A stretch of 64,000 bases of DNA from the NCBI RefSeq assembly GCF_009914755.1, contig NC_060927.1. One strand, 5' to 3'. Source of the DNA: the human T2T-CHM13v2.0 reference genome, Homo sapiens. The position numbers were made by a program, and so were the translations under genes. Position 1 is the first letter of the stretch. Each line of letters begins with the position of its first letter. The notes below the pieces were generated by a model that made no database searches, was not told the DNA's origin, and saw only the letters and a list, made by a program, of their open reading frames with translations. Of the stretch, positions 25,126-37,631 are shown in pieces.

Positions 25126-26063
25126 TGGTTTCCCTCCTCCCACTCCCTACTTGGTGCCACTCTGAACTGCTTCCAGAGACCCTGTCCACCCCATACTTCT
25201 CAGTAAGGTCCAGAAGACCCAGCCCTTGTCATTTAATCCCAATTCTGCTTCAGACTTTCTCAGAGATCATGGGCAGGTCTCCTCCTGATTATGAATCTCT
25301 CCATCCACCTGCACAATAGGGAGTGTTCTAGATGACTTTGCTTAGTCCCTGGCTAAGGCACAGATGATTAATGACGAGGGGCTGCCCAGAGCCTTCTGCC
25401 ACCCACTCTGCCCCCCTGGGCTCAGGGGAAGGACAGCAGCTGGTGGGAGGAGCCCCAAGAAGTTGGGGGCTAAGGCATACACAGAGGATGGAGGCTGTGC
25501 AGAGAACAAGGTCAGAGATCTGGCAGGACTCCTTGAGAGATTAACTCAGGCCAGTAGAAGAAAGGAGAAGGGAGAGGGGGACAGAAATGCAGAGGAAAGG
25601 GCAGCACCTTGCCTTCCAGGTTAGGACCCTATAGACTGCCTGGGCTGTGTGAAGGCTGGGAGGGGCCCCCACACCACACTGTATCTGCCCCACCCACCAC
25701 AGTCCCTGATATCCCCCCGTATTCGTGTGTCATGGCTTTGGGGTAAGGCAGACAGCCTGGGTAGGGGACCAGTTGTCAGCCAAGAGGGTGGAGAGTGAAT
25801 GAAGCAGAGATCCAAGATGTGGGCAACAAAAGGGAGGACATAGGTGGGGCCCTGCTCAGAGAGGTTACTGGGAAGGGCAAAGCTTAGTGATGGGCACTTA
25901 AGGATGGCGAGAAGCTGAAACAGTCTCCCAGGCCGGAAACAGCCGTGGAATAATGGGGTTGGCCACAAGCAGGACTTTTCCTGGTCCCCTCCTTCTCCCC
26001 CTGCCCCGCCCACTCCCAGGTCCCTTGCCAGGTACCTGTCCGGCCAGGCCAACTCATCTCTAT

Positions 26064-26076
26064 CGCCCCCTGGTGG
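26064..26076 (-). promoter_or_regulatory. CTCF core motif
   Basis: Reverse complement reads CCACCAGGGGGCG. Confidence 0.55.
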
Positions 26077-27584
26077 ATGCTTCAAGGACTTCACTAAGAT
26101 TGACCTTAGTGCCCAAACACCTGGGTGGAGGCCCATTCCTAGGAGGCCAAGTGATCCAGAGGGTGGGCCTCTCTCCTGAGCACCATGCAGAGTGAGATAC
26201 AAGAGGGAGGAGGCGGTGAGGCAGTGAGGCCGCAGGACTGGTTATCAGGCTTTAGTCTGAAATTAAGGCGACCCGGGGCCTGGCCCTTAGACCCAGGCCA
26301 CTGACCTCTGCTGCACACAAACCCTGCCTCAGACCCAGCTGTAACCCCCGATAGAGCCCAGCCTCTGACTGGCCACAGGCTGGACCCTAGCCACTGACTG
26401 AGCCCTAAGCCCAGTCCCTGAGGGCAAAGCCCAGTTGACTCATGTGGGTACCTCCTGGGAAGACAAGGACAAGGAGCACCCCACCATCCCTGTGCAGAGA
26501 GCCACCATCCCCTCCATGGCAGAGGTCACCATCTGGGCGATTCCTGCCACTCCAGGGCATGGGCTGCCCAAGGAGGGTGGCCAGTTTGCCAGCAGTATGG
26601 ATAGGGGACGGTGTCTCAGGTGAGGGAACATCGAAGTGGTCTCTGAGGGCTAGGTAGGGGTCTCTGGGTCCCAAGAGAACATGATGGGTGCCAGGGATAA
26701 CTGAATCCTAGAGGGCGGGCATCAGGGGTCCTTTGCAGCAGGAGCACAGTGGAGGCTTCCTAAGTGAGGCCGAGGGGATGATGGTGGGTTTGGGGCGGGC
26801 CACTCTGGCTACTGAGAAGGGCCCAAGGGGCAGGCTGGGAAAAGCTGCCAGTCCCCCATCCAGGTGGGGAGGAGGAGGGCTGGGGAAATGATGACCTGGT
26901 TTAGGACATGCTGAATGTAATGTCTGCAGGACATCTGAGGAGAAGCTCTAAGGCAATTGGAATCAGGACCCAAAGTGACAGAGCTCAGGTGGCAGGTGGG
27001 GACAGAGGGCAGCCCCCTTGGGGAGGGGTGTGTGGGGAGTGTATATCCCCAGGCAACCCCATCTGCTGTGCTGGCAGGAGTGGGGTGAAGAGTCAGAATC
27101 AGCCCCTCCATTCTCACCACTCACCCAGGGCCTATTTTAATGAACAATGACCCAGCCTCTCCCAATGTGGGAACAGGAACTGCTCTTATCTCTCCCAGGG
27201 GAGGGGGCCGGAGCCACAGCTGGCAGTCATTAAACACCCCAATCAGGCCAGGGATGGCCAAGATATTAATAGGCAGGAGCCAGTGACCCTGGAGACACAG
27301 CCTCCTAGGAAGAGGGACAGTAACCCCAGTAGGCTATGGGGATAAGGAAGACAGGTCAGAAGGCCACCCTGGCAATGCCCCAGCCTCTATACAGGACAGA
27401 CGGGGTAACCAAAGGCCAGAGAAGGGAAAGGACATGCACGAGATCACCAGGAAAGTCACTGATAGAGCCTAGCCTTGAACCCAGTTCTCCAAACTTCAGA
27501 GCCCTGCCTCTTCCATTACACAGATCATCATAGGTGAGACCATTAGGGATGCCCTCTGTGGAAACACATGAAGAGCAGGCCTAA

Positions 27585-27770
27585 TCAGTGACACTGATTC
27601 TTTGTTTAAAATCTTGATATTTTGCTGATTATATATGTTTTGCATTAATTTTGATATTTTAAAAATATTAGATTAAAATATTATCTTGATCACTGAGGTT
27701 TTTTTGCCACCCCTTTCAATTTTGCACCTGAAGCAAGTATCTTGCTTGCCTCACTCTAATCCCAGCCCAG
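27585..27770. mobile_element. hAT DNA transposon remnant (MER96-like)
   Basis: AT-rich core (ttttgcattaattttga, attatcttgatcactgag) ending cttgcctcactctaatcccagccc. Confidence 0.45.
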
Positions 27771-28985
27771 CTCCCGGGATCCCAGCATCCCCGTGTCCCA
27801 GGATATTAGCATGGAAGAAACTCTGGAGAGCTCCAGACTGGTCTTTACGTGTCTCAGAAGGAAAAGATCCTGTCAGGGTGATGTCTACTAGAAGGAGGCA
27901 GCTCCAGGGCAAATTCAGTGGCTCAGCAATATCACCGCAGATGTAGGTATTTTCTGTCTGTCCACTCTGCCATCTCAGTATGTGGACTTTCATCCTCAGA
28001 CTTACCCCCTCATGACTGCACAATGACTGTTGCTGCCCAAGCATCATGTTCCCACAGAACCCCATCCACTGGCAGGGAGGAGAATTTCCTCTATATGTCT
28101 CCTTTTATCAGGGACAGTCATCTATCCCAGGACCCACCTTTCGCACACTCTCTTCAGGCCAGGATTAGGTCACATACCCAAACCACAGCTGCAAAGATTG
28201 GTGAGGGTTCTATAAGGGAAGTTGATCTACTGAGAAAGAAATGGGGATGGCTGCTGAGTAGGTAACCAACAGAGTCTGACTCTCAGTCTCTTTTTGGACA
28301 TTTCTTGGGATAAATGTGTGATCTTTCATATTCCTCCACCTGAGCCTAGTGGTGCAGTATATGGGGGAGGGGAGAGATCCAAATCAGTCATGCTTCAGTG
28401 TAAGAGACAGAAAACGTTCCGGGTGTTTTGTACAGAAAGAGATTGAGTGTAGGGAATTAAATATAGGAAGGCTTGGAGGGCTGGAAGTTTGGGTGCACCT
28501 CTATCCATGGTCACACCATTGCAGCTGCCACCTTGCCGAACATTACTGCCAATATCTCGGTTGCACATCCATTAAAGCTAGTGACAAGAAAGCAGAAGGA
28601 ACATAGTGTCCTGCTGCTGCAGAAAACTCAGGTCTGCCATATCCCACCCATCAGCCACCACGCTGCAGGAAACACAGCCTTTACTTTTCTCTGCTTCCCA
28701 ACTGTCTTGGTGGTGCTTCCCTCTGGTAGAGCCTAAGTTGCATCAAATTCCTAGCAGTGAGAGAATTCCGGAAAGGAAGCCTTGAGCCTTCCAACCCCAA
28801 CAAAGCAGGGGAACATGGAAGGGGCTAGAGAAGAGGCTGAATGCCAATAGATAATTTCTAGCACAGCGGCTCAGGTGGCATTGTAGCCCAAGTCCCAGAA
28901 AACAGAGCCTGAGACAAGGGCCTGTGACCAGGAAACAGAAGAGTGAAACGGGGAAGTGAGGAAAGCCAATATAAAGGTGAGTCAT

Positions 28986-29190
28986 CAGCCCGGGCAACAT
29001 GGTGAGACCCTATCTCTGCAAAAAAATTAAAAAATAAAAAAATAGCCGGGTGTGGTGGTGCACGCCTGTAGTCCTAGCTACTTGGGAGGCTGAAGTGAGA
29101 GGAACACTTGAGCCCAGGAAGCTGAGGCTGTAGGGAGCCATGATTATGCCACCGCACTCCAGTCTGGTGACAGACCAAGACCCTGTCTCA
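28986..29190 (+). mobile_element. 5'-truncated AluJ
   Basis: cagcccgggcaacatggtgagaccc ... gaccctgtctca. Confidence 0.85.
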
Positions 29191-30319
29191 CGATAAAGGT
29201 GAGTTATTGCACTGGCCACTACTGGGGCAACAGGACTCAATTCACTGGGACCCTCTGCAGGGCTGGCAGAACACGCCCAAAATCGTCCTCCTGAGGGACA
29301 GAGAAGGAAAGCATTAACCACTGGCTCCCAGCCTCTGTTGCTCAAGGTTTGCCCACGTTAGCCCCCTCACTCTTCCAGGCTTGACAGGCATGAACAAGAA
29401 GCAGGTTCCTGCAGGCATCCCATCACATAGTCAGAGGAACTCCGGGGCAGAAAGGGCCAGCTATGTGGTAGAGATAGGGTGAGGAGCTGTCAGGATCCCC
29501 CACCAGGAAGCTGGCTAAGGTTGGCCAATAGGGAATGAGGCAGAGGACCCAACACAGGTGGCCTCCTGGGGCTGAGAAGAGGAGCCCCACACAAAGGTCC
29601 TCGTGCACTAAGGTCTGCATGGACACTCACTGGTCCTGCTGCCAAGGTCTTTGGCTGGGGTACTCATAGCTGCTCTCTTGGCTGCAGCCCCAGGGTCTAC
29701 CCAGCTGACTTGGCCCCACTGAGGCTCACTCTGGCCCCTCACACCGCTCCAGGCTCAGCCATGCCATCACCCAGCCATGCCATCACCCAGCCTTGGGTGT
29801 GAGCTTCCCCCCGCCATGGCCTCTGTGGCACTCACTTCACCATTCACCATGGCAACACCATGACAGACCCACCAGTTCCAACTCCGCCACCTTTCTCATG
29901 CCCCAGGGAGCATGCAGGAACTTCTGAGTCCCTTCCAGGCCTCTGGGAGCTGAGGGTAGCTTGGTGGTGTTCACTCAGATCTACTTGGCGTTAAATTTAT
30001 AGATCCACCATTTTATCTAGAAGGGCCACTTAAGGGGCACAGGTTGCTGGGAGGACTGACTTCCTAACACAGAGTGGGACACACACACCCTCTGTTTTCA
30101 GGTTTCAATGTGTCCCTTCAATATTTCCTAGGTAATGAGACCAGGTGGGCTTTCCTCCCTTCCTTCTATCCTCACTTTCTCCTTGCAGAGATGACATACC
30201 CCTCCTCCACATTTCCCCAGGTCATAATGGTGGAGGGCTTCAGAGGGATATAATCTCAGGGGCCAGGTAATGAGAACGGTATCTGTTTAATGTTTTCAAA
30301 GTATTACCATCATATTTTC

Positions 30320-30510
30320 ATTCAGCAAATAATTACTGTGTGCACAGTTCTAGACACTGAGGATGCAGTGGTGAACATGGCAGAGCCCTTGCCCTCATGG
30401 AACTGACCCTCTAATGGTGGAGACAGATAGTAAAAGAGAAAAGTTACAGAAAAAGAAGGCAGGATGAGGGTTAGAGTGAGGGGGGTGCTCTGTTAGTTGG
30501 GGTGGCCAGA
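30320..30510. mobile_element. L2 fragment
   Basis: cattcagcaaata..ttctagacactgaggatgcagtggtgaac..cttgccctcatgga. Confidence 0.6.
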
Positions 30511-31859
30511 GGGAATGACAGTGGGGCAAGAGCAGGTCATTCCCCCTCCCTGATGATCAGAGGAATTTAAACCATATGCATCAGAGCTGGGGCTCAGAGA
30601 TCTTGCAGTCCAGGTCAAAACATCCAGTTCCCTGCCTCTGCAGAAGCAGCCTGGACAGTAGCTAAGGAGAACCAGGTGGCCTGGGGCCTCAGCAGGGTCT
30701 GAACTCCCCTAGGCAGGGGCTCAGGGGCTGACCAAGCAGTAAGGAGAGGATGTCTGGCTGGATATGGTGAGGCTTGTTTCTTGGGTCCCTCATTGCAGCA
30801 GTGACCCAGGCCCACAGACTCCATCTGGATGTGGAGTGTCCCCCCCGGCTGCCTCCAGCTCAATGTCCTCGGTGCCAAGTGACACAGAACAAGCAGCTCT
30901 TGAAAAGACTAATATTTACTCTTCAAACGAGAGCTGGCACAGGCTGTTTCCTGCAACTGGCGTCTGACTCGCCCTGTGGGATGGACACAACAGGAGGCAC
31001 TCCGGGAGATAGGCAAATGTCCCCTCGGACGCCAGCATTCTGTATGAGACGATGTCTGTGAGATGGGGACAGCATGTTCCAAGGTTCCATTAGACACATC
31101 TCATTTCTGCCCGCACACCTCACAGTGGAGAGCTCACTGCCTCTCCAGCCCCTGCTGGACAGCTCTGTGAGAAAGTTCATTCTAATGCTGGCCCTGTGTT
31201 CCTTGCCCCGGCCCTTGCTCTGATCCCTGGGGCCTCAGGAAAAGCGCCTGGAATAACCCCCAGGGCTGGGGGAATAAAGGTCCTGGTCACCTTTATTCCT
31301 CCCACCCCGACCCGCCTCTGGCTTCACTTCCCCAGGCCCACACTCTGGGCTCTGTGGCCAGAACAGGATATTTCTGGGTTAGGAGGAAGAAATTGCCTTG
31401 AGGGCACCTCTGTCCCCCTGCAGCTGTGTTCCTTGTCCTCATGAGAGCCCTTTAGCTGAGTGCCTCATATGGGAAAGTCTTGACCAGGAAACTGCTGGTC
31501 AGACGGCTCGAATATGGGAAGGAGAGTCCCTAGTGGCTTGGGGGTCAGAACCAGCTCCCCCTGCCCACTTTCCCCTCTGGAGTCTCTCCTCTATGCTCTT
31601 CCCCACCCAAGCCCCCCATGGCTTCCAGAGCCTTCCCTGACCAATATAACCCCAGGCTTGTTTCCCCGCCCCTTCCCCCACCACTGCAGCCCTGTGCAGG
31701 CTTAAACACTCTGGCAGCATATGGGGCTTTAGAGCCCCAAAGGCCAGCCTTCTTAACCTTGTCATGTCAACTGCAGGGCTGGGCAAGGCCAGGACAAGAT
31801 CTCCCAGGGGAAATGCAGGCCCACCCCATTCTCCCAGAGCTCTCATAACTGACTGCTGA

Positions 31860-32990
31860 CACAAGCAACCCTCTTTTTAAAACAATTCCTTATTATCCCT
31901 ATACCTAACTCCCAAGCTCCTGGTCCCTTGTAAGCAGCCATTCAAGTGTATTTAACATGTATCTTTTCGCATATATCCTCACAAAATATTTTATGGTCTT
32001 GTATGCATATATTTCTTATCATATAACGGTGGTTTTTCACTCAGCTCTAAGTTTTGAGGATTCATCCATGTGATGTTACATCTAAATCTGGTACATCTGC
32101 CTGCATCGTGGTGCTCCGTGGTGAGCCTGCACACTTTCTTTCCATGATGGATACACAGATTGCTTTCCACCAACACCAGTAAGTCTTCAATGAACATGTC
32201 CCCTTGAGGATCTGTATAAGAATTTTCCTGGGACAAATAACCAGAAGTCAAATTTCCACTTCACAAGGTGTGCACTCTTAACTTGGGTAAGTAGGCTGTA
32301 TTAGTTTGTTTAGGCTGCCCTAACAAAGTAGCACAGTCTGGGTGGTTTAAGCAGACATTTATTTTCTCATGGGTTGGGACTTCAACATGTGAATTTTGGG
32401 GGAACAGAATTCAGCTCTTAACAGTGGCATGGCTCTGCAGATTGGCCGTGCCTCTCTACTCACTGCCACCTCGCACGAAGTCCTGCATCTCCACACTCCC
32501 TCTTGCACTTAGTGCCATAGAGCTTTGCAAGATTTGCCAAACTCATAGGTGTGAGGTGGTCTTATTGTTGTTTGAATGTGTATTAATGATTTAAAATCTC
32601 TTCATATGCTTATTAGCTTTTTACGTTTTCTCTTCTGTTAATTGTCTGCACATTTTCTAGTGGGGTTGCTCTTACTTGCTGATTTACAGGAATTTCTTCT
32701 GTTATTAATCCCTTAGTGGTTTCTGGCATCATAAATATCTCCTCCCATTCTTTTAACTTTGCCCATGAAATCCTTATTTGTATATAGTCAAATTCATCAA
32801 TCATTTTGCCTTAAGGCAGTCCTTTTCCGCCACAAGCCACAAAGATAATCTTCAAGTTCTGCAACATATTCCACAGATTTTGCCGTCCACATTTGACTTA
32901 AGAAGTCCTTTTCCACCACAAGCCACAAAGATAATCTTCAAGTTCTTCAATGTATTCCACAGAATTTGCCGACCACATTTGATCCCAGCA
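31860..32990 (-). mobile_element. Old L1M 3' fragments, containing an internally deleted MLT1 LTR (~32298-32423)
   Basis: gattcatccatgt, ttgccaa..ataggtgtga.gtggtctt, ataaatatctcctccc; MLT1 ends tgtattagttt..ggctgcc / aattcagc..taaca. Confidence 0.6.
32810..32982. repeat. Tandem duplication of a ~87-bp unit (32810-32896, 32897-32982)
   Basis: Both copies contain ccacaagccacaaagataatcttcaagttct. Confidence 0.92.
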
Positions 32991-33599
32991 ATGTCTTGGT
33001 GCTGACTCAGCAGAGCCAGGTGGGCTCCTTAGAGCCTCTCCTCCACTAGCACTGCCCAAAGATGCTTGGCAGCTGTCAGGTAGCACTTCTGCTACCTGGG
33101 CCCCTTCAAGGGGTAGGCCCCAAGAAAAAAGAAGGCAACTCACCAGCCAGAACTTCTCATCCAGCCCTCCTGGCATAGAAGGAACATCTTTTATTCTTTG
33201 TGGGTATTGCCAAGTGGGGGACAGCCACTTGTTTCCTCCTCAGGGGAAACAGAGCTCCAAACTTTACTGTCACTGGCTCCCTAGAACAAGCCTCAGCTTC
33301 TCAACCTGAGCAAAAAAGTGGTTAAAGCAGATGGTGTCTGAAAACTATCAACTACCAAATCCCAGCACCCAATAACTCAGATGTTTATTTTGGAAGTCAC
33401 TGCCTTCCTCCAAAAGATTCTGATTCAGGACAGATGGTGCAGAGACTCTTGGAGAGTGAATTCCCCAATGTGTTTAGAGGATGGTCAGGAGAGGATAGTG
33501 CATTTGCTTTCTTTCTGGGAATTTTATTAGCTGCTATAGGAACAGCCTTTGCTAAAGGCCACCTTCCCTTGGCTGGAAACCTGAGGAGGTGGCCGGCAG

Positions 33600-33618
33600 C
33601 TGCGCCCCCTGGTGGCCA
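33600..33618 (-). promoter_or_regulatory. CTCF motif, near-perfect consensus
   Basis: Reverse complement reads TGGCCACCAGGGGGCGCAG. Confidence 0.75.
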
Positions 33619-33979
33619 TTCTGTGGTCAGGCTGGTCCTGGGAGATGAAACTTCACCTTCACAGTAGACAAGAGCCCAAAACGCGGAGCACGGAAAGTGC
33701 CTGCTGCACATAGCAGGGCAGGGGCAGAGCCTGCAAACTGGGGAGGCCTCCCAGCCCCCAGGGCATTGTTGTGACTGCTATTTTGGTTGGGGGTTAGTAC
33801 TAAAGACTATTTGAGCCCTTGCGCCTGTCTAGGCCTCACTGGACAAGATGACCTGACTTTCACTTCTTTCAACAACCCCCTCCCATTATGTCAGGCCCAC
33901 ATCACACTGTCTAGCAAAGGATCCATAACTCGGAATTTTTCACATAAGTGCAAAGACACATGTTAATAAACACTTTAGA

Positions 33980-33985
33980 TTTATT
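33980..33985 (-). terminator. SEC22C: SEC22C distal polyadenylation signal AATAAA (additional hexamers at 34009-34014 ATTAAA and 34118-34123 AATAAA)
   Basis: tttatt on the + strand within AT-rich sequence. Confidence 0.7.
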
Positions 33986-34609
33986 CTGCCATTTCTGAAG
34001 CCACCTCATTTAATTTATACATAGGATATAAATGGCTATACATTTTTACACACTTTTATACAAGTTTAGGTTGTACTACTGAGTTTGTTAAAATGTACCC
34101 ATTATTTACTCAAAATATTTATTGTTACAAGAAAACCGTAAGAAGCTTGTGTAACATGAACAGCAAGTATTGAAAACGAATATGTAAAGTAAATGGTTTT
34201 GCCCTGACTAAATCAGCCTCAGTATTTTATGCTTTTAGTAGAAAAGCCCATTAAACAAAATAGAATCCTGGGGGATCAAATCATATGAATGATTCATGAA
34301 ATAACACTTCTGAAGCAACCCCAGAATCATATAAATGTAAGGGTTAAAGGTCATATGTACTAAGCATGGGTCAGAGGAATAGAATGGATTTGTTAATTTT
34401 ACCCTAAATAAAAGGCGCTTGTGGGCAACAGCTCTGCCATCAATACACATGGGCAGATGTTTCCGAATCCAGCCATTCCCAGATTTCACTGACATGCCCT
34501 TTTCCACAGGCTCCCTGCTGATGAGATTTCCCCAGCAGCAGAAGTTTGACATCACTGCTCCCGGATGGGAGAATCAGAGCTCTCCTCATTTGGGTCAGGG
34601 GTGGCTGGC

Positions 34610-34651
34610 TCACGAGGTTTGGTCCAACCAGCAGAACCAGCTCCTTGGATC
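34610..34651 (-). CDS. SEC22C: SEC22C alternative terminal coding exon (DPRSWFCWLDQTS*), giving a 250-aa short isoform
   Basis: tttattccag|GAT phase-0 acceptor inside the long 3'UTR; 237+13 = 250 aa, matching my recollection of a shorter SEC22C isoform. Confidence 0.75.
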   Translation of the reverse strand, partial: DPRSWFCWLDQTS

Positions 34652-36752
34652 CTGGAATAAACCAAACATCAATGGTACCATGCGCTCTGTGCCCAGGGAG
34701 TGAAAGGCAGGTCCAGGGTGGGAAGAAGAGGGGCTGCTACCTTTTGGAGTGAAAAAAATGAGGTTTACACTGTAGTATAACAAAATGCCTTTTTGTAAAG
34801 GCCAGAAGAAATGGCTGTGCTGTGCTGCCTGAAGCAGAAAAACCTTCATGTACCAGGTGAATGTAAAGCCTTTCTCCTCCCACACACAATGGACTCACCC
34901 AGTATTACCCTCCACTACCACTTTTGACCCTCATAACAGCACCCTGGCGGGGGGGCAGATTGATGTTATCACCATTTACCAGATGAGGAAACTGAGGCCT
35001 GATGGGCAGTGATTTGTGCACTGCGACATAGGACTCAGTGAAGAGCCTAGCCAGCTGACGGTCAGCTGACTGGTGCACTCTTTCCCTCACCTTCTCTCTC
35101 AAGGGCACAGCTACACTCTTTCTCCACCATTATTAACACTCACAGGGCACAGGTAGAGCGTCCCCAGACCTGTGCAATATTCTACACGAAAACATTTGGA
35201 ATGTGAGCAATGTCTGAACAGGGGCTTGCCAGGCACATCTGATCACCATAAATGCTCCCACCCCTGCCTGTCCTCACTTGTGCTGCACTATGCAAGCAAG
35301 CAGCAGGTTCTCAGAAGGCCACTGTCCTGCATGTCACAATGAGTGGCCAACTCCTTCACAGAACAGCAAATAGCAGCCCTGGCTACAAGGTGCAGTGTGC
35401 AACCCCCATATGCCAAGGGGCAGCTGCTATCTTCCAGCAGAGAGAGAACCCCCAGCTCTGCTCCCTACCTATGCCCTGCTTCCTGTGCCTCACACAGCCA
35501 GCCTTGCTGGCCTGCTGGCTATTGTCTCTGACTCTGAGCTGTGCTGACCACCAAGTGTTACTCCTCTCCAAGACTTGACTCCCAGGCATGGGTGGGAGAG
35601 TTGAACCTCAATGCAATCTGCTCCCACTCTGAAGCTCGTCTACCCACCCCATTTGTTACAATTAAAGATGGTTTTCTCATCCCTCCAGAGACTCCAGTTT
35701 CAGACTCTGTCTCCAGAGCTGGAATGTATAGGGCAGAGGTAGAAAGAGGCAGGAGAGTTGGAGAACAAGAGCACCTAGAAAAGAACAGAGGAGCTCAAGC
35801 TCATTTAATCAAAATGCTTAAATGTTTTAATTCCAGCATTCTCCAGAGTTCACAGAAAAGAGGGATGCAAGCCCAAAAAGCAAAAGCAGGAGCTTATGGT
35901 CACATGCCTCCAGCTGCAGGCAGTGGGGCCTCTGGTACTGAGAGGGAATGCCACCCGAATATGCCCCAGCTGTCTCCACCCAGGAAAAGGAAAGCCAGGT
36001 ACACTTCTCATCACAGTAAGACTAGCCTAACAGGGGAAAACAGATTTACATGTTTCGTTCATTAGCATATTAGGGAAGGGGAAACCTTTTGGGCTCTGGC
36101 CCCGTGGTTGGGAAACCCTTCCTAAGAGCATGGAGCCACACTCTGGCCTTGATACAGTAGATGGGACTTAACACACTCTGATGCTCAAGGCCTTGCAGCA
36201 TCTGATACCAGAAGGCACCTCTAAAGTTTTGTTTTCAACATTATTTCATCTATTCCCAGATCTAGTCCAGTGATGTCAGCTGCACAGGTAGCATTTAACT
36301 ACTGGGAAAACAAAAGTGCTACAACAACAGTGAGTCCATGGTGGAGTGAGGATAACTCCTGGGATTTGGAACCAGTTTGCTGGTATCAAGGATCACACAA
36401 GAGGCTATAAACCTCCAACCCTGAACCAAGTCAAACCTAAGCCTGGGGATTTCCCTCGGATGAAATCACCAGAACTTCTTTCCTATTTTCAGTCTCTTCC
36501 TTCAGTGAGCTGAGGATTCTTTTAGCTAGCTGGATTTCAGTCAAACAATGTTTTTGTGGTCATTACTTGTACTGTTTTTCTAGTGCATCTTTTCCCTTTT
36601 GTTTGCAAAAGTCAATCTCACCCCATGTAGATGTTAACTGATATCCACACATTCGACCTGGTGTGGATAACATCTCTGGTAGTGCCTCGGTGGTCAGGAA
36701 GCATTACCAGGAAGGACTCATCTTCAAGGACCGTTTCTTTACTGCCTGCTGA

Positions 36753-37127
<375 letters not shown>

Positions 37128-37349
37128 TATTGACTTTTAAAGCTTTTTTGTTCTTCTCATTTAAAACATTTTACCTCCCCTCCTTAACTTCCCATTCTAT
37201 TTCACCATCTCTTCAAAATTGTCTCCCAGAAAAACTGAAAATTCACCTGCTGGGTATGCAGAAAATTATGCAGATGTGAAATCAGTGTAGAGACAACTTT
37301 GGAGTTTATGTCTGAGTATGCTGCCAATATAATTTTCATATTCAGACTT

Positions 37350-37631
37350 TTTAGAGACAGGGTTTCACTCTGTCATGCAGGCTGGGGTGCAGTGGTGTGA
37401 TTATAGCTCATGGAAGCCTCAAACTCCTGGACTCAAGGGATCCTCCTGCCTCAGACTCCCAAAGTGCTGGGATTACAGGCATGTGCCATCACATCCGGCT
37501 AATTTTTTTTTTTGTAGAGATGAATCTTACTATGTTGTCCAGGCTGGTCTCAAACTACTGGCCTCAACCGAGTCTCCTGCTTTGGCCTTCCAAAGTGCTG
37601 GGAATACAGGCATGAGCCATCATGCCTGGCC
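37350..37631 (-). mobile_element. AluJ in the SEC22C 3'UTR
   Basis: Reverse-complement AluJ (tgattatagctca, ctcaagggatcctcc). Confidence 0.88.

Noticed and set aside
27940-29620. Ancient LTR (MaLR/ERVL-like) fragments
   Set aside because: Some motifs are suggestive, but family and boundaries could not be fixed without RepeatMasker.
32810-32982. CRISPR-like or satellite array
   Set aside because: Only two adjacent copies with no spacers, in eukaryotic L1-derived DNA.
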